Positions 60,643 through 64,000 of a stretch of DNA of 64,000 bases are shown here, piece by piece (the stretch's first letter is position 1; each line of letters opens with the position of its first letter). The notes under the pieces are model-generated. The model saw only the letters and a list, made by a program, of their open reading frames with translations. It did no database searches and was not told where the DNA came from. The stretch is from Leptolyngbyaceae cyanobacterium (GTDB taxonomy: Bacteria; Cyanobacteriota; Cyanobacteriia; Phormidesmidales; Phormidesmidaceae). A program made the position numbers and the translations under genes. The DNA lies in the NCBI GenBank assembly GCA_965263355.1, contig CBDHHL010000056.1, positions 960,001 to 1,024,000 of the forward strand, given 5' to 3'.

Positions 60643-61431
60643 ATGAGTCAGGCTCAAGACTCCCCTTCTTGGGAACTTTTCTTACATCTTTCGCTCTTGT
60701 TAGCGTGGGTTATCCCCATTCCCTTTATAGATATTCTATTGCCAATTCTTATTTGGCAAATTGCTAAACGGCGATATCCTCAGGTCGAGCCCCATGGCCA
60801 GAATGTTCTCAACTGGTTGATTTCGTCAACGCTCTATAGCGTTATTCTCTTGCTCACGTTAGTCGGCACTGTTTTACTGCCCATATTGTGGGGAATGCGG
60901 CTTGTATTTCCTATTATTGCAGCGATTCAGGCCAGTAAAGGTAACGTGTGGCGGTACCCTCTTACTATTGACGTCCTGGGTGCTAAACCAGAGAAGCAGT
61001 TGCAAAGAGCTGCCGTTGGCTTCCTGTCATTGGTTGTGATGCCGTTGGCGGCTTTTGTCGGTTCTTATATTTGGCGAAATAATCGTAGCAATTGGCTGGC
61101 CAGCCTATCACCAGCCACTGGTACGGTGACCCAAGTGATGGAAAAAACGGATGAATATGGCGACACGCTTTATCAACCCGTGATTAAATTCGAGGGGCCT
61201 CAAAAAGAGTCTTATAAGGTTCCTTCAACTAGTTGGTCCAGCTACCTATCCTATAAAAAAGGAGATTCTGTTGATGTGCTTTATTTGCCATCTGATCCAA
61301 GTGATGCTGTTGTGGATGAATGGTTTGCCAAATGGGGATTTGTCACCATAGTCTTGATACTCAGCACAATTGTTTTAGGCTTCTCTTTTATCCCTAGTCT
61401 CTTTTGTTTGGTGGTTTCACGCTTTATGTAG
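60643..61431 (+). CDS. Membrane protein (DUF4870-like plus DUF3592-like)
   Basis: HG..VLNW.IS...WRYP, then ATGTV..GDSVDVLY.P.DP..A. Confidence 0.7.
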   Translation: MSQAQDSPSWELFLHLSLLLAWVIPIPFIDILLPILIWQIAKRRYPQVEPHGQNVLNWLISSTLYSVILLLTLVGTVLLPILWGMRLVFPIIAAIQASKGNVWRYPLTIDVLGAKPEKQLQRAAVGFLSLVVMPLAAFVGSYIWRNNRSNWLASLSPATGTVTQVMEKTDEYGDTLYQPVIKFEGPQKESYKVPSTSWSSYLSYKKGDSVDVLYLPSDPSDAVVDEWFAKWGFVTIVLILSTIVLGFSFIPSLFCLVVSRFM

Positions 61432-61533
61432 AAAGGACGCGTAGGGTGATCAGGGAGGAATGCGTCAGTGCTAAGTGGTAAAATTGAACGCTGCTCACCA
61501 GGTAATGGGCCGACAGAGCATTGCTCACCGGGC

Positions 61534-62298
61534 TTAAACCAGATTAAACCGCTGCAGTTTTGCATCCAGCATTTTAGGCAGTGCCTTTTGCAGTACAGAT
61601 TTACTGGTAAACTCCAGTTTATGCTGGGCAGCGATGTCAAATGGAAACTGCCCAGGCAAGTCGTCCCGTTCCATTTGGGCCACAATCAATTGCTCAGGGC
61701 GCTTTTGACATAGGGCATACCCCAATTCCACGCAGACCGCTGGGTTAGGCAGAAGCAGGGGTAAATCGCTCTCGACTTCTACAATCGGTGTGGCGTCGGC
61801 AATAAATAGCAGGCTACGACGAATGTGGCGCATCAGATTGCTGTTGAGTCTAACGGGGCCATTACTAAGCCGATGGGATTCAACTAGCTGGATGGGGATA
61901 CGGGAACGGCGGTTAAACTTTTCGATGTAAGTTTCCAGGGCATCGTGCAGCAGATCGCTGGATTCGGAATATTCCTCCTGGTAGCAAAGGAATATGGTGG
62001 GATCAAGATTGGCGAGGGAGTCGGCCTTAGCAAAGTAGATTTCGTGGCTGATCAGATCGATGTTTGCGATCGCATACGTCCCACTCCCCTCCACATAGAA
62101 CTCCACCCCATCGCCTTCTAGATAACGCTGAAACCACTCTGCCTCACGGACCTCGTCAATATCATCCAAAAAGTCAGCCCGTAGCGCCGATTTGAGCAAG
62201 CTATTTTTAGCTAGCCGCAGATCGTGGGGCCGATTTTCCAGATCTCGAATTGGCTCATAATCCTGGAGATACCAAGCCTTCAGTGCAATAATCGCCAT
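61534..62298 (-). CDS. Conserved cyanobacterial hypothetical protein
   Basis: MAIIALKAWY N-terminus; C-terminal FIADAT...NPAVCVELGYA domain. Confidence 0.75.
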   Translation of the reverse strand: MAIIALKAWYLQDYEPIRDLENRPHDLRLAKNSLLKSALRADFLDDIDEVREAEWFQRYLEGDGVEFYVEGSGTYAIANIDLISHEIYFAKADSLANLDPTIFLCYQEEYSESSDLLHDALETYIEKFNRRSRIPIQLVESHRLSNGPVRLNSNLMRHIRRSLLFIADATPIVEVESDLPLLLPNPAVCVELGYALCQKRPEQLIVAQMERDDLPGQFPFDIAAQHKLEFTSKSVLQKALPKMLDAKLQRFNLV

Positions 62299-62562
62299 AT
62301 ATAAATACCTCGGCTTAAAATTTTAAATACATAGTTAGTAGTTCAGGTTCGAAATAGTACGCTTTTAGTACAACCAATTCTGTAAGCATACCTCTTAGAT
62401 TATTTGAAATTACCCTTCCTAAGGATCTACTTAGAAATTTGTGTAAAAAATTGCTTACGTTAGCTAAATCAAGTTAGCTGCCATTACCTTTCAGCAATCT
62501 AGATTTTTTTGAATTTTAGTTGAGTTAGCGGGCAAATTGTCTCATATGAGAAAACTGATTCG

Positions 62563-62665
62563 GAGCTTTATTCGCTTTATGGTGTGCAAGAATACTGGGT
62601 TGCAAGCTAGCAGTTGCAAACAATGGAAGTCTATCGTCGTAAAGAGGGGCAATTAGAGCTTATCG
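62563..62665 (+). pseudogene. Uma2 endonuclease C-terminal remnant
   Basis: LYSLYGVQEYWVAS*QLQTMEVYRRKEGQLELI with an internal stop. Confidence 0.55.
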
Positions 62666-62680
62666 GCTCGAAGCCCGGAC

Positions 62681-63031
62681 TTATTCATCCTCACCAAAGT
62701 CAATCGTCTCAATCATTGCTGGAGGCGGCTGCCAACGATACTTACCCAAATTAATCTTGTTACCATCAAACTCTATCCCTTCTTCTTCTAACAATACTCT
62801 CTGCAGATCGTCTGACCCATCTCGAAAGGCAGATGTCGAGATCTCCCCCTTGGCGTTGATCACTCGCTGCCAGGGAATGTTGTCGTCAGGTGCTACTTTG
62901 TAGAGGGCATAGCCGACTACACGGGGCTTGCCAATCAGGCCAGCCAGCTCAGCTACCTGGCCGTAGGTGGCAACTTTACCCACGGGAATTTGGCGAACAA
63001 CGGCATAGATACGGTCATAGCTGTTGGCCAT
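62681..63031 (-). CDS. Alkyltransferase-like protein (MGMT/ATL family)
   Basis: IPVGKVATYGQVA and PWQRV (Trp in place of the catalytic Cys). Confidence 0.9.
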   Translation of the reverse strand: MANSYDRIYAVVRQIPVGKVATYGQVAELAGLIGKPRVVGYALYKVAPDDNIPWQRVINAKGEISTSAFRDGSDDLQRVLLEEEGIEFDGNKINLGKYRWQPPPAMIETIDFGEDE

Positions 63032-63040
63032 AATTTACCC

Positions 63041-64000
63041 TCATTTAGAGATAGTGCGAGTGGCACCGTTGGAACTAGAAGCAGTGTCAAAGCAGTGGGG
63101 ACAGGCTAACAAAACTAGCGACCAGGCCGCCACAGGAACTTTTTGATCATGGTCATATACGGGGCCCTTGTCTACAAACCCTGTAGGATTTTTCGTATCT
63201 AGAATAACGCGCCAATCTTTACGTTCTACCGTTGGTGGCAGAGAAAATTCCTGGAGTTCGGGATAGGCGTTAAAAAAGACCAGAAAACTGTCGTCAATCA
63301 TACGTTGGCCTTGGTCATCGGTGTTGAGAATTTCTTCTCCGTTGAGAAAGATACTGATGGCTTTGGAACTGCCATCGTGCCAGTCTTCTTCACTGATAAT
63401 GGTGCCGTCAGGATTAAACCAACCGATGTCAATGACGCCGGACCCATGGATCTCTCGACCCAAGAACCACTGACGACGACAGAGGATGGGATGCTGTTTA
63501 CGAAACTCAATCAGACGCTGGGTAAAGGTAAACAGTTCTTTGTTTTTATAGCGGTAGCTCCAATCAAACCAAGCAATTTCATTATCCTGGCAGTAGGTGT
63601 TATTGTTACCCTGCTGGGTACGGCCCATTTCATCACCACCTAATATCATGGGTACACCCTGGGAGAGAAATAAGGTGGCAAGAAGATTGCGTTGTTGTTG
63701 CGATCGCAACAACAAAATCTCCTCATTCTCCGTCTCACCCTCCGCACCACAGTTCCAGGAACGGTTATAGCTTTCACCATCCCGATTACCTTCACCATTG
63801 GCCTCATTATGCTTTTCGTTGTAGCTCACCAGATCGTGCAGGGTAAAGCCATCGTGGGCAGTAATAAAATTAATACTGGCATGGGGCAGTTTTCCATTGG
63901 CCTGGTAAAGGTCAGAGCTGCCCGTAAACCGAAACGCAAACTCACCTAAACGACAGTGATGGTCACGCCAAAAGTCTCGCATAGTATCCCGATATTTCCC
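63041..64000 (-). CDS. glgX: Glycogen debranching enzyme (isoamylase), 3' part
   Basis: FITAHDGFTL.DLVSYN.KHN, SWNCG and GNNNTYCQDN; runs off the window end. Confidence 0.93.
   Translation of the reverse strand, partial: GKYRDTMRDFWRDHHCRLGEFAFRFTGSSDLYQANGKLPHASINFITAHDGFTLHDLVSYNEKHNEANGEGNRDGESYNRSWNCGAEGETENEEILLLRSQQQRNLLATLFLSQGVPMILGGDEMGRTQQGNNNTYCQDNEIAWFDWSYRYKNKELFTFTQRLIEFRKQHPILCRRQWFLGREIHGSGVIDIGWFNPDGTIISEEDWHDGSSKAISIFLNGEEILNTDDQGQRMIDDSFLVFFNAYPELQEFSLPPTVERKDWRVILDTKNPTGFVDKGPVYDHDQKVPVAAWSLVLLACPHCFDTASSSNGATRTISK

Overview
Cyanobacterial chromosomal window (frequent HIP1 octamer GCGATCGC, heptamer tandem repeats, Uma2 genes; probably a filamentous Leptolyngbya-like strain, which is an inference). 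In order it contains: the end of a peptide/nickel ABC transporter operon, an O-methyltransferase, a secreted pullulanase, DUF805 and MscS genes; a C-P lyase cluster (phnGHIJKL, two phnM, phnZ-like HD oxygenase, phosphodiesterase, an internally deleted FosA-like gene); a complete type I-D CRISPR-Cas locus (WYL regulator, cas3', cas10d/cas11d, cas7, cas5, cas6, cas4, cas1, cas2, about 103 repeats) interleaved with accessory genes; codA, uvrA; a PepSY/RTX/porin/two-component module interrupted by an integron-cassette-like array with attC-like sites; and part of glgX. The most striking item is a ~740 bp module between cas3' and the mntA-hepT-cas10d genes. It holds an antisense one-spacer mini-CRISPR whose guide matches two nearby sites: (i) a GTA-PAM-flanked seed target in the intergenic DNA upstream of a small wHTH gene, and (ii) a longer PAM-less complement inside a structured element downstream of that gene. 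The adjacent MntA antitoxin is frameshifted while the HepT toxin looks intact. All alignments and counts were done by eye.
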